Of a DNA stretch of 64,000 nucleotides, positions 29,333 to 40,394 are shown one piece after another; the stretch's first letter is position 1, and each line of letters starts with the position of its first letter. The position numbers and the translations under genes are program-made. Below the pieces are notes generated by a model. It ran no database searches. It was not told where the DNA came from and worked only from the letters and a program-made list of their open reading frames with translations. The stretch is from a virus (taxonomy: Duplodnaviria > Caudoviricetes): IMG/VR virus record IMGVR_UViG_3300037067_005124, positions 7,760 to 71,759 of that record; one strand, written 5' to 3'.

Positions 29333-30067
29333 TTACGTAATATCAGGACAATGTGAGGTATCTACCATGTCAAAAGGATTAACCGCTATACATGCGGGAT
29401 GGAATGAAAAGAGGAAAGAGGATGAAGGAATTTAAAATTATGGATAGGGTTGAAATGGTCAGAGATTTTTACGGCATTTTGAAAGCAGGCGATAAAGGAA
29501 CCATAACAAATATAAAAACCTGCTTTAACCCACCGCAGATTTTAGTTGATTGGGATAGGCATTTAGGTGAGGGTTATCCTGAATCTGGACATGGACATTA
29601 TATAACTGAAAGTTATCTCAAACCCATTCCTGCCACCCTATCCACCGGTGACATGCTAAATGCAATTCAGCCTAGGCAGTTGTATATATCGCAAGAAGAA
29701 CCATCAAACCCAGTAAGCCTTATTGGAGAGGACTTATCATGGAAATCCGGAGAAGATTTTACAATCAATTCAATCGTAATGCAATACCGTTGGACACTCG
29801 TCCCCGAACCGCCAAAGCCTGTTTCAATCGAAGAAGCAGCAAAGGCAAGCGGGGATGGCAAAACGATTATTTGTAAATTTCCAAATTTCAACAATCCGTT
29901 AGACGAATGGACTACGGAATGCAGGCCGTCCGAAGCCTATCTGACGTTCCATATGATTCACACTGGAAAATGGTACATCAAAGATGAATAGCCCTAGCTG
30001 GTTCGCGGATTGTCCTACAGTCCGTCACCAACCCGAGAGGGTTAATAAATTTTAGGAGGTCGAAATC

Positions 30068-30430
30068 ATGTTAATTGTCACAATCGTACTGGTAGTCTTA
30101 ATCATCGGAGGTATACTGTTGGATCGTTTCAACGTAACGTGTGGCGGAGGGGTTGCTCTTGCTGCAACGTTTGGGCTTGTTCTTGTGCTATGGCTGCTTA
30201 TCTGGGTAATGAATTATTCTGATAATGCCGCTGGAATACAGGAGTATAAGGCTGTCCAGCAGACTGTAGAAAATTCAAGACAAAATGGCACAAGTGAACT
30301 GGAAAGAGCTACATTAATTGAAAAAATCGTTGAAGAAAACGAGTGGCTTGCAGGCTGCAATTACTGGAATGGCACATTTGTTGGCGACATGATACCTGAT
30401 GATATTGCTACTTTGGAACCTATTCAGTAG
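30068..30430 (+). CDS. Membrane protein (two N-terminal TM segments)
   Basis: Hydrophobic N-terminal half; GGAGG RBS. Confidence 0.55.
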   Translation: MLIVTIVLVVLIIGGILLDRFNVTCGGGVALAATFGLVLVLWLLIWVMNYSDNAAGIQEYKAVQQTVENSRQNGTSELERATLIEKIVEENEWLAGCNYWNGTFVGDMIPDDIATLEPIQ

Positions 30431-30460
30431 CCGCCCGGCTGAGCGTATCAGCCAATATAC

Positions 30461-30551
30461 GGGGAAGTGACGAATCGGCAAACGTAGGATGAGCGGAACG
30501 TTATCCGTGAGGAAATCCGAATAGTGGGCTCGACACCCACCTTCTCCACCA
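30461..30551 (+). ncRNA. tRNA-like RNA with non-canonical anticodon arm and G3-U70
   Basis: Acceptor GGGGAAG/CTTCTCC-ACCA; D-arm ACG-AATCGGCAAA-CGT; T-arm GTGGG-CTCGACA-CCCAC; long variable region. Confidence 0.65.
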
Positions 30552-32021
30552 AAACCCAAAGCGAATTAAGCTAAGTGGTATTACAAGTCCCGGGCAGTAC
30601 GAACGGAACATGGGCGGTTAAGGTCGCGACTTGCCGCCCGAAACTAAAGGAGGCATTATGGACACTTGGCAAACAGCAGTATGTGCAACCGGTATATTAG
30701 CTTTAATATACCTTGGCGGTTGGATAGTTAACTTCTGCAAATGGCGCAAGGCAAAAACCGCAAAACGTCCTGTAGACGGTACGGAATACATCACATACGA
30801 CAGCACAGGCAGCATAAAGGAACGCATAAAGCAGGAAGGGCATGAGCTACGGGTAAAGACTTGGGGGAAGGAGGAAAAAGGATGAAATTGGGTGATAAGG
30901 TTAGGTTCCAAAAGGAACTTTTTCGTAAAGGCTATTCGTATTCCGGTAGTGCTTTGTCAGACAAGGAAGCTAAAAATATGAATGAAAATGGTTTATTACC
31001 AGAAGCATACACAAGGTATTCCGTTTACGAAAACAAAAAGCCGTTAACTGGAATCGTATGCGGCAAAAGAACTATCAAGTTCAAAGGATATAGCCGTTAT
31101 ATCGGGTACGAAGAAGGCTATGATTTCGTAACTTTCGAATACAAGCAGGTTTATCTTGTTGCTGTAGGCATGAGCGCTTTTCGTCGAGTGCCAGAGGAAT
31201 TTATAATCACAGAATAAAAAGAAGCCGCAAAATAAAGCGGCAAAAACAAATATCTACAACAAATATTAACACATGAAAGGGGATTAAGTCAAGATGGATA
31301 ATGAACAAGCAATTCAAGAATTTGTTGAAAAAATAGATGCTTTTGTTAAATCAGTAAAAGAACTGCAAGAAATAGGACTTTGCGCAGGCAATGCGGATAG
31401 TTATTCAGCGCATTTTAGTTTAACCAGTCTCGCAAAACACGCAAAACGGTATGGGTTTAACCCTGTAATTAAAAAAACAGATCACACACAATACGAGTAC
31501 ACAATATCTATACCGGAATTGAGAATTCACGCAATTGGAAATTTATCAGAAATTGTAAGGCTTGGTTTAATTGAAATACCTGATGGTTACAACGAGTATG
31601 AAAAGTCTGAATTTGCACGAATGCGTATCAAACTATGTGAACTTGAAATGGAAAACAAAGAATTAAGGGAAAACAAATAATTCTTTGCCCCACACTTCCC
31701 TAAACGCAAGTTGAAAACCAAACGTCCGGTTAGTGCCGTGTAGAGGGTTAGGACTTGTGGGGCAATAAAACAATGGGGGGAGAAAGATTATGAAGTGTTT
31801 AGATTGTAAATACGTAAATATTTCTGAATATGGCTTCAAAGGGCGCATAGGAGAAACGATAGTCGAATGTCGGATATGCAATGAGATAACAGGAGAAATG
31901 GTAAATTGTGCAGATTTTGAGGCAAATAGCCATGTGTGAATTTGCAATGCACAACAACTTTAACCCCAACAGTCCATTCGAGGACAATAAATATTTATTT
32001 TATGAAAGCGAGGATGAAAGC

Positions 32022-32678
32022 ATGAACGAACTTGAACAGAAACAACAGGCAATAACAATAACAGAACAGGCAAGGACTTTCGCCATATCGACACAGCAGG
32101 ACTACAACAACGCCGCAGAGGTCTGCAAGGATATAAAGACAAAGATTAAAACTATAGAGGATTATTGGAAGCCTTTGAAAGATAATGCTCATGCAGCGCA
32201 TAAAGCTATATGTGCAAAAGAGGCTGAGTTACTGGCACCATTTACAAAGGCTGAAACTGCTATCAAGGGCAAAATGACAACCTTTCAACGCCAGTTAATG
32301 GAGGAACAAAGGATTCAGCGCGAAGAACAAGAACGCTTCCGTAGGGAAGAATCCGAAAGGCTGATGAAAGCAGCAGAGGAAGCGCAGCAAGAGGGCGCGG
32401 AAGAACACGCCGACTATCTTGTTGAGGAAGCTGCAAAGGTTGAGGTTATGAAGTTTGAACATCCGAAGCAGGAAAAGACCGTAGGAACGGCAGTAAAGAA
32501 GGTTTGGAAGGCAAGAGTAACAAACGCCGCATTAGTGCCTGTGTCAATTTCAGGAACGGTAATTAGACCCATTGATGAAAAAGTACTCAATGATCTAGCA
32601 AGGGTAAGCAAGGGCAATATGGCAATACCAGGCGTTGAGTTTTACGAGGATGTACAAATAGCTGTAAGCAGGGGGTAA
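32022..32678 (+). CDS. Conserved coiled-coil phage protein upstream of ERF
   Basis: DYNNAAE...KIK.IEDYWKPLKDNAHAAHKAIC pattern typical of recombination modules. Confidence 0.55.
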   Translation: MNELEQKQQAITITEQARTFAISTQQDYNNAAEVCKDIKTKIKTIEDYWKPLKDNAHAAHKAICAKEAELLAPFTKAETAIKGKMTTFQRQLMEEQRIQREEQERFRREESERLMKAAEEAQQEGAEEHADYLVEEAAKVEVMKFEHPKQEKTVGTAVKKVWKARVTNAALVPVSISGTVIRPIDEKVLNDLARVSKGNMAIPGVEFYEDVQIAVSRG

Positions 32679-32680
32679 TT

Positions 32681-33442
32681 ATGAATCTGTATCAAAAGCT
32701 TATCGAAGTGAGAAAAGAAGTTCCGTACCTGCAAAAAGAGAATCAGGGAGAGCAATACAAATACGTATCCAGCAGTCAGGTATTAGGCAATGTCAAGGCG
32801 AAACTGGATGAACTTGGAGTTCTGTTGATACCGGCAGTAAAAAGCCATATGGTTACAACTTCATCGATTGAATTTTTTAATGATAAGCACGATGTTTCAA
32901 AGCGTACCAACACATACTTTACCGAACTTGACATGATTATGACATGGGTAAACGCAGAAAAGCCGGACGAAAAGATAGAATGCACATGGTACGGTCAGGG
33001 CGTAGATATTGCAGGGGAAAAGGGTGTAGGCAAAGCTTTAACCTATGCTGAAAAATACTTCATGTTGAAATTCTTCAATATTCCAACGGATAAAGACGAC
33101 CCTGATTCATTCCAGAAACGCATGGACGATGAAGAACCACCCAAAAAGCCACAGAATACCCCGCAAGGCAATAAACCTGTCGGCAATGACAATAATCCAC
33201 CCAGTACTAATCAAGGCGGCAAAAACGATTCTACACCCACTGACATTGAAAAGCGAGCGTCAAAGATTTACTTTACTATGACTGGTGACAAAGAAGGACA
33301 GCACGGTTTGCCTGTGGAGAAATACAAAGAGTGGCTTAAAGCATTTAAGGAAGCTGGCTTGATATCTACGGATTACGGCAAAAAGTGGACGCTGAAAGAT
33401 ATAACGTTCCTTGAAAGTCAGATAAAAGAATTGCCGTTCTAA
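32681..33442 (+). CDS. erf: ERF-family single-strand annealing protein
   Basis: MNLYQKLIEV...YKYVS...GKALTYAEKYFMLKFFNIPTDKDDPD. Confidence 0.9.
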   Translation: MNLYQKLIEVRKEVPYLQKENQGEQYKYVSSSQVLGNVKAKLDELGVLLIPAVKSHMVTTSSIEFFNDKHDVSKRTNTYFTELDMIMTWVNAEKPDEKIECTWYGQGVDIAGEKGVGKALTYAEKYFMLKFFNIPTDKDDPDSFQKRMDDEEPPKKPQNTPQGNKPVGNDNNPPSTNQGGKNDSTPTDIEKRASKIYFTMTGDKEGQHGLPVEKYKEWLKAFKEAGLISTDYGKKWTLKDITFLESQIKELPF

Positions 33443-33451
33443 AGGTGAATC

Positions 33452-33841
33452 ATGAAAGTACAACAATACCCAAAGCCCAAACTAAAGAAGCACAGAGCCA
33501 AAAACAACCCCGCACCAACGATAAACGATTTATGCGCTGAGTGCCTGAGGGAAGGGATAACAACGCCGTATGCAGCAAGCCATGAGGTATTTTATGGACC
33601 ATACCGCCAAGCATCAATTGAGTATAAAATGCAGTATCGGCTTTGCCCCTTCCACCATCAGGACAGCACACACGGTATACACTTTGACCGAGAATTTGAT
33701 TATCGCATATCAAAAATGTACCAGCAGATATTTATAGAGCAACACGGTTTAGAACTGCTTAAACGGGTATTTGGGGATAACATGGCAGCAAAGGAGTTAA
33801 AGCATGAAAACCACATGCACAGCCATACGCAAACAGTATAA
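33452..33841 (+). CDS. Zn-binding HNH/Ref-like recombination protein
   Basis: CAEC...SHEVFYG...LCPFHH...GIH. Confidence 0.5.
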   Translation: MKVQQYPKPKLKKHRAKNNPAPTINDLCAECLREGITTPYAASHEVFYGPYRQASIEYKMQYRLCPFHHQDSTHGIHFDREFDYRISKMYQQIFIEQHGLELLKRVFGDNMAAKELKHENHMHSHTQTV

Positions 33842-34352
33842 CGAGGACGGGTATATCGAAATAGTGTTAACTACTGATGTGAAGTGGTTGGATATATCAG
33901 CCTTAAAAGAAATACTTGCAAAAGGCAAAAAGCTAGTAGTTGAAATCAAGCAATTTTTCAACAGGCGCAGTCTTGACGCAAATGCTTATATGTGGGTACT
34001 TCTGTCAGAACTGGCTAACGAAATGAACAAGGATAAGCCGGAAAAGAAATATACCAAAGACGAATTATACCTACTCATGCTTGAGCGTTATGGCGTATTT
34101 ACTCACATTGTAGTCAAGCCAAATGTAGTTGACAGGGTAAAAGAGGAATGGCGGACGGTTCGGGAATTGGGAGAGGTAACAATAAAAGGGCAGACAGGCA
34201 TACAGCTACAATGTTTCTTTGGTAGCAGTACATACGACACAGCAGAAATGGCAAGGCTGATTGATGGCGTTGTCAGTGAATGCAAGGAATTAGGTATTGA
34301 AACTATGACACCGCAGGAATTGGCACTATTAAAACAAGAGTGGGGGCGATAA
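33804..34352 (+). CDS. NinB/Orf-like recombination protein
   Basis: RRSLDANAYMWVLLSELA and SSTYDTAEMARLIDGV motifs. Confidence 0.65.
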   Translation: MKTTCTAIRKQYNEDGYIEIVLTTDVKWLDISALKEILAKGKKLVVEIKQFFNRRSLDANAYMWVLLSELANEMNKDKPEKKYTKDELYLLMLERYGVFTHIVVKPNVVDRVKEEWRTVRELGEVTIKGQTGIQLQCFFGSSTYDTAEMARLIDGVVSECKELGIETMTPQELALLKQEWGR

Positions 34353-35285
34353 AATGGCTAACGATCCAAAATGCAAATACCGCCATAGCTGCGGATATGA
34401 TTTTTGTATGGGTGAGGGTGTATGCTCTGACTTTGAGAAGGGTAAGCCGATAGACAGCGTGATAGAGTCACAAGAAAAGGAATGGGGGAAATGAAAAATG
34501 AAATGTATTACGTGCGGTAAGGAATTTAAACAAGGCGATACCCACAAAAGAGGAACATTAAAGACGGGGTACTGGAAGGAACCATGCAGGGAAAACCAAC
34601 GCTCATTATTTGTAGAAGGTGACAAAGTAAAATATGCCGGTGAGGAATTAATTATAAACGGCTTTGAAGTGATGGGAAACCAAGCTGGGGCAAAATTTGA
34701 AAACAGACCCGGACTATGGATTGGTTTAGGCGCATTGGAGTTTGTGCTGGAAGGGGAGTGTAAGAATATGAACATAAAAATCAATCGCAAATCACCTATG
34801 ACTGATGCAGGGCAAAGAGAAGCATTTAAAAAACTATTTGATAACTTAAACAGAATAGACGTATTCGGAATTAGTTTAAATGGTTACTTAGATAGGGCAA
34901 TGGAGATATGCAAGAACGACCCGCAGGAGATAGAAAGCATAAATTTCAGGCTGCCAAATAGTTCGATAATGACAATTGGTACGGAAGGCGCATTTTTAAA
35001 GCTTACTTTTGACCAATATAAGCAGATAAAGGCAGCAGTAGAAGGGGATTAACTGCCTATAGGCAGAGAAAGAGAGGATATATGGTGGTGCATTTGAACT
35101 TTAAATCAGGCGAACGCATTATATTTTCAAAAGTTGTAAATATAAGTCTTTTGGATGACGGAAAATTGTGCTTGCAAAGAAACGACAAAAGATTTAAGAA
35201 TCACTTCCGTGAGGAACTAATACCTATTGCAGATGTGCAAAGTTTTTATTCTCATGGCTAAATTAGCAGGAATAGATAGGGTGGG

Positions 35286-35837
35286 GTGAGGATGCCCGGA
35301 TATATAAAACTATACAGAGAAAAAGAGGTGGGGTTATTGGATTATTATATAAAAATTAAATTAGACAAATTTCAAGATTATAATTTACTTGAGGATGCAG
35401 TAAAAGAAAATATTAACAACAGTTTATTTGATGGAATTTTACCTAAATTAACTAAGTTATTAAAGGTTTGTGAATCGCCCATAGAAAGACTTTTGTATTC
35501 GGAATTACTGAATGCAAAAATGTATTACGGTGTATTAGGTGGCACTGTAGTTAAAGATATTAAAATATTTCCACAACACACAATAATACTTGAACAAAAT
35601 ACTTATAGAGCGGATTTTCTAATTGAGTACGAAAAGGAAAAATTAATAGTCGAGTGTGATGGCCATGAATTCCATGAAAAAACAAAAGAACAAGCTCAAA
35701 AAGATAAAAAGCGAGATAGAGAATTAATACAAGCGGGTTATAAAATCATTCATTTTACAGGAAGCGAAATATATACAAACACTTATAAGTGTTTTGATGA
35801 AATAGCTGGCATTTTGGGCCTAAAAAGCGAGGGTTAA
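35286..35837 (+). CDS. DUF559 / Vsr-like endonuclease
   Basis: ESPIE, YRADFLI, IVECDGHEFH, DKKRDREL..GYKIIHFTGSEI. Confidence 0.85.
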   Translation: MRMPGYIKLYREKEVGLLDYYIKIKLDKFQDYNLLEDAVKENINNSLFDGILPKLTKLLKVCESPIERLLYSELLNAKMYYGVLGGTVVKDIKIFPQHTIILEQNTYRADFLIEYEKEKLIVECDGHEFHEKTKEQAQKDKKRDRELIQAGYKIIHFTGSEIYTNTYKCFDEIAGILGLKSEG

Positions 35838-35839
35838 TT

Positions 35840-36568
35840 ATGCCTAACCGATTTATAAAGGAGTCAATTTGTAAAAGTGAAACATTAGATTTATTAACCG
35901 CAGAAGAAGAAAGATTGTTTTACAGGCTTATAGTTAACTGTGATGATTTTGGACGGTTTGATGCGAAACCAGCTATAGTAAAAAACCAATGTTTCAGACT
36001 TGATGAAGGAAAGTTAAAAGTTGATACGGTAGAAAAATGGTTAACTCGATTATGCCAGGTTGGGCTTATTATTTTATATGAGAATCAATCTAAAAGATAC
36101 TTACAATTTTTAACATGGCACGAACACCAACAACAAAGGGCAAATAATAGCAAATATCCCGATCCCGAAAGCGAAGAAAGCGCCTTGATATCATTTGATA
36201 TCAATTGCAATCAATTGAAACCTGTTCCTGCAAACCTTGATCGGCCTCGTATATCGAATACGAATACGAATACGAATAAAGGGGGTGTGGGGGAAAAAGA
36301 AAATATACCTCCAACACTTGATGAAGTAAAAACCTATTGCAAAGAACGAAATAACAAAGTTAATCCACAGCAATGGCATGACCACTACACATCAAATGGC
36401 TGGATGGTAGGCAAAACTAAAATGAAGGACTGGAAAGCCGCAGTAAGGACATGGGAACATGAAAACAAATCACATAGTAAGCAGGCGCCGCAAGCAGGCA
36501 ATTTTGAGCAAAGGCCAATACCTGATGATTTGGACAAATTTTGCAAAGACCCATGCAAGGAGGACTAA
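35840..36568 (+). CDS. Phage replication initiator
   Basis: MPNRFIKESIC.SE.LD.L..EEERLFYRLIVNCDDFGRF N-terminus; PPTLDEVKTYC...W..HY.SNGW.VGK..MKDWKAAVRTWE C-terminus. Confidence 0.8.
   Translation: MPNRFIKESICKSETLDLLTAEEERLFYRLIVNCDDFGRFDAKPAIVKNQCFRLDEGKLKVDTVEKWLTRLCQVGLIILYENQSKRYLQFLTWHEHQQQRANNSKYPDPESEESALISFDINCNQLKPVPANLDRPRISNTNTNTNKGGVGEKENIPPTLDEVKTYCKERNNKVNPQQWHDHYTSNGWMVGKTKMKDWKAAVRTWEHENKSHSKQAPQAGNFEQRPIPDDLDKFCKDPCKED
36185..36278 (+). repeat. Putative ori iterons within the initiator gene
   Basis: TGATATCA x2, ATCAATTG x2, CGAATA x4 (36255-36278). Confidence 0.5.
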
Positions 36569-36964
36569 ATGAGTGCAATAGATAAAGCCGCTTTAGCCTT
36601 AACAAAATGCCGCAAGTGTGCAGGGTGCCCAAAGTTGGAGGATGATACATTCAGGGGTGACGATAATTGCCGGAACTTCCGCACAGCAGACAAGCCAGAG
36701 GAATACGACAGCAAGAAATACGATAACTGGAGGCCACCGAAATGAAGATAAAGAAATGTTTTGATGGACGCATGAAAGGCTTAATAAGGATGATGCGAAA
36801 GAATGGATTTACTTATGAAAAAATCGGCAAAATCGTACATTGTGGCAGAGAAACAGCAAGACGGTATTGCACAAAGTATTAACCCTCCGGTATCGGCGGC
36901 ATACCGAGATTATTGTATAGGGACTGGCAGAGGTTAGCCGCCAACCTCAGAAAAGAGGGGCAAG

Positions 36965-37465
36965 ATGAAAATAGAACGTATGTGGGCAATGCCAAACAGT
37001 GAGACATTTACAATAAAGCCAATAAAGGAACTTTTAAAAAGCGAAGTGGCTACGGGTATATGGTTAGACCCATTTGCAAGGAATAGCAAAATAGCCACTA
37101 TTACAAATGACTTAAATCCAACGTGCAACACGGACTATCACCTTGAAGCAACGGAATTTTTAAAACAGTTTTCAGATAATTACGCAGATGGTGTACTGTT
37201 TGACCCTCCATACTCTACAAGCCAAATAAGAGAATGCTATAACGGCATTGGAATAAAAGAATTTAACGGCAGGATAGATTTTTATTCAAAAGCAAAAGAC
37301 GAAATTGCCCGGGTATGTAAGCCAAACGGGAAAGTAATTTGTTTCGGGTGGAGCAGTATGGGAATGGGGAAAGGCAGAGGTTTTGAAATGCAAAAGATTC
37401 TTCTTGTGCCTCACGGTGGAACCAAAAATGACACAATATGCACAGTAGAAATCAAGGGAGGTTAA
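36965..37465 (+). CDS. Small DNA adenine methyltransferase-like protein
   Basis: WLDPFA and VLFDPPYS motifs. Confidence 0.75.
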   Translation: MKIERMWAMPNSETFTIKPIKELLKSEVATGIWLDPFARNSKIATITNDLNPTCNTDYHLEATEFLKQFSDNYADGVLFDPPYSTSQIRECYNGIGIKEFNGRIDFYSKAKDEIARVCKPNGKVICFGWSSMGMGKGRGFEMQKILLVPHGGTKNDTICTVEIKGG

Positions 37466-38722
37466 CATGAAAAAGCGAGATTACATACTAGCCTTAATTT
37501 TAACACTAATAATCGTATTTACCATAACGATAAGCGAAACACCTTGTGAACATAAAAGTATACTCACAGAAATACAGGGGCTAAAAACGGCAATTTTGGA
37601 AGCCACAGGCAAGGACAACACAAAAATACTGCTGGACAAAATAGACGAACTTACACGGCTGAATGAAAGGCTGGAGCAGGAAGTAGCAAGTCAAGCGAAA
37701 CAACTAGACGTATTTGAAGGGATGGCAGAAAAGTAAAAATATAAAGCGAGGTGTAAAGGGAATGAAAGGAACAATATTAAGAGAGTTGACACCAGAACAG
37801 TATTATTGGATAAGTGAAATAATACCAGTAGGGACTGAAGTAAAAGAATTTATGGGATGTACATATGGGTGTATTTCTCCAAGTGGAATAGCGGTGGTGT
37901 TACCAGATGCGGATTATTTTACAGAAGTGCCAATTGATGCGGTAAAGTGGGAGGTGTAAAGAATGAGATTAACAGTAGATGAAATAAAAAACCATATGGA
38001 TAAAAACATGACAAATTACGGCTGGTATACGCATTCCGGCGAATTTTTGATTAATGTTATTGATACCACAGAAGCACTACAGCAGGAGAATAAAAGTTGG
38101 CAGGAACGATACGAAGAATTGGACGCAGGGCATAGTAGATTATTCAAGGATTTTTGTAAATTGCAGCAGGAGATACAGCAACTACAGGCACAGAATGCGG
38201 CAGCAATAGATGATATAAAACATGCTCTTGCTGTAAATCGCGGATGTCCAATATGCAAACATTGGAATAAGGCAGACCCCTTATTGCCGTGGTGTAAAAT
38301 TGCAAAAGCTCAAGCAAATTGTTTTGAATGGCGCGGAGTTTCCACCACCTACCATAACCCTGCTGATGTGGAGGCGCTGGCAAAGGCGACGGAGGCATTG
38401 AAAAGTATTGGAATGTTTACAGTTGATGAACCGTATAAGGCTGATAGATTATGCAAAGAAGCTCTTGCGGCAATAGAGAAAGCAGGTGGGGAGAAATGAA
38501 AGTATGGGAAAAGGTTGCAAAAGAAATGTCCGAGGAATTCCACCACGAATACACATCAAAAAGTGATGTATGTGCTGATATGTATATGCTTAGAGTTTTA
38601 CCATGCGACTGCAATGATGAATTTCACTTTATCACAGGAAAAAGTATGGATGATCTTTGTAATGAAATGCAACTTGAATGTCAGGAATGTTTAAGTAGAT
38701 GGCTTGATATGGAGGCAGAACA

Positions 38723-39073
38723 ATGAAATTTGACATACCCGGCAGGCTTCCCGGAACAAACGAAATTATAGAAGCCGCCAAAAGCCATTATGCAGTATAC
38801 GCCAAAATGAAGGATGAATATACAAATATGGTTGCATGGCTGGCGAAGAAGCTTCCAAAGTACAATAAAATCACTCTTGTAATAACATGGTATGAGCCAA
38901 ACGCCAAAAGGGACATAGACAACATAGCCGGAGGGACAAAATTCATCCTTGACGGGCTTGTGAGGGCAGGGACCATACCAAACGACACACAAAAGCACAT
39001 ACACAGCCTGCAACATGTTTTTGATGTAGACCGCGAAAATCCCAGGGTAGAGGTGGAGATATGCAAAAACTAA
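38723..39073 (+). CDS. rusA: RusA-like Holliday junction resolvase
   Basis: RDIDNI....KFILDGL...G.IPNDT. Confidence 0.85.
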   Translation: MKFDIPGRLPGTNEIIEAAKSHYAVYAKMKDEYTNMVAWLAKKLPKYNKITLVITWYEPNAKRDIDNIAGGTKFILDGLVRAGTIPNDTQKHIHSLQHVFDVDRENPRVEVEICKN

Positions 39074-39210
39074 CCAAACAACAATTCTGCTACCTGGCTA
39101 ACCGGCGCGAAAAAATAAAGCGCAAGCGCAAAGCCATAGAAGCAGCCAGATATGACGAGCCGCAGAACAGTTACCTGAAACCATGGACAAAAGGAAAGCG
39201 AGGGGTGCTA

Positions 39211-39645
39211 ATGGATTACATTAGAGAAGCAATAGAATCGTTAAAAGATTATAACGCCTTGATTGTAGCAGAAAAAAATCTCACAGAACAGATCACTGCA
39301 TTACTGCTTGAGAGGGATAATTTAAGGGCAACATCAATGAGCCTGGCTCCGGGGAAAGGATACAATGAACCAGACGACAGGCTTGCCAACAACATATTTC
39401 AAAGGCGTGTGCTGAGTAAAAATCTCAGGCTGACAAAAAAGCGCATGGAATGCATGGATAGGGCATTTGCAACGCTGGAAGATGAAGAAGGTTTAGTACT
39501 CAACAGGATATTTGTACTCGGCGGCAAAAACGCAATCGAAGACCTCCGGCAGCAACTGGCATACGAGCGTACAAAAATATATGAATTAAGAAATGAAGCC
39601 ATAAAAAAATTTGCAAAGGCTTTATATGGAGTTGGGACACAATGA
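39211..39645 (+). CDS. ArpU/RinA-family late transcriptional activator (copy 1)
   Basis: MDYIREAIESLKDY...; C-terminal YERTKIYELRNEAIKKFAKALYG HTH; end of the early operon. Confidence 0.8.
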   Translation: MDYIREAIESLKDYNALIVAEKNLTEQITALLLERDNLRATSMSLAPGKGYNEPDDRLANNIFQRRVLSKNLRLTKKRMECMDRAFATLEDEEGLVLNRIFVLGGKNAIEDLRQQLAYERTKIYELRNEAIKKFAKALYGVGTQ

Positions 39646-39649
39646 AAAG

Positions 39650-39694
39650 CGCGGACAAAACGCGGACAAAATTTGGTAAAAACCGTGATATAAT
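39650..39694 (+). promoter_or_regulatory. Activator-dependent late-type promoter 1
   Basis: Tandem CGCGGACAAAA x2, then TG-A-TATAAT with no canonical -35. Confidence 0.6.
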
Positions 39695-39793
39695 GATTGT
39701 ATGAGATTTTGACCTTTCCTTCTCCGGCCCTTGCTGATGCAGGGGCTAATTTATTGTAAAAAAAGACCGGCATAACCGGCCTTAAAGGATAGA

Positions 39794-40249
39794 TTAAAAC
39801 TTATCGCCATACATGGCCATTATAGCTTTATCCACCATACGCGCCATGGGTACATCCGATTCAGCGGACAGTTTACGCAGGTTTGCCATAATGCCGGAGT
39901 CAAGAGTGAGGTTGACGCGTTCGCGGGTGGTAAGATCGGATTCAGCTTCCTCGGGAGTACCAAATTCAGCTTCGTACTGTTCGGCATCAAGATTTTCCTC
40001 AGCCCACACCTTGGCTTCTTCGGTGGACATTGGGATAATATCTTCGCTGCCGCCTACGCTGTTGCCGTAATGTTTTGAGTACTTAGACATTGCACCACCA
40101 TCACCGTGCAAAAAGTATGCATTTTTAGTGTTTTTGTATAGACTTTCTTTGCAGTACGCAAAATCATTTGAGTAATATCCATTGCTCCATGCGCCGATAA
40201 ACTTAGATGTTTCCGTGTTGTAAGTCCTGCCGTTGATAATTTTACGCAT
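39794..40249 (-). CDS. Hypothetical protein with C-terminal ribbon-helix-helix domain
   Basis: KIINGRTYNTET...LYK....YFLHGDGG N-terminal domain; ERVNLTLDSGIMANLRKLS..SDVPMARMVDKAI RHH. Confidence 0.6.
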   Translation of the reverse strand: MRKIINGRTYNTETSKFIGAWSNGYYSNDFAYCKESLYKNTKNAYFLHGDGGAMSKYSKHYGNSVGGSEDIIPMSTEEAKVWAEENLDAEQYEAEFGTPEEAESDLTTRERVNLTLDSGIMANLRKLSAESDVPMARMVDKAIMAMYGDKF

Positions 40250-40288
40250 AATAAAACCTCCATGCTCGACGGTGACCGTCCGCAGCTG

Positions 40289-40317
40289 TTGACATTATAT
40301 TAACTTTGGGGTAAACT
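40289..40317 (+). promoter_or_regulatory. Sigma-A promoter driving the solitary CRISPR-repeat RNA
   Basis: TTGACA-17 nt-TAAACT; predicted start near 40324. Confidence 0.7.
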
Positions 40318-40323
40318 TAAATT

Positions 40324-40394
40324 GTCGCTCAATGAGCGTGGATTGAAAAATAATTATATACTATTGCTATGCCAGCCCGCTTAATGCGGGTTTT
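40324..40394 (+). ncRNA. Solitary type I-C CRISPR repeat-like unit (candidate Racr / crRNA mimic)
   Basis: GTCGCTC-AAT-GAGCG-TGGATTGAAA versus the type I-C form GTCGCTCC...GGAGCGTGGATTGAAAT; then an AT-rich pseudo-spacer and a CCCGC-TTAAT-GCGGG-TTTT terminator. Confidence 0.7.

Noticed and set aside
30461-30551. tmRNA or a standard tRNA gene
   Set aside because: Too short for tmRNA (no tag ORF or pseudoknots) and lacks a 7-nt anticodon loop
36255-36278. CGAATA x4 as a phase-variable repeat tract
   Set aside because: A 6-nt unit keeps the frame; encodes the usual Asn-Thr linker of initiators; kept only as a possible ori element
40324-40348. CRISPR array
   Set aside because: Only one repeat-like unit and no cas genes; reported as a solitary repeat unit instead
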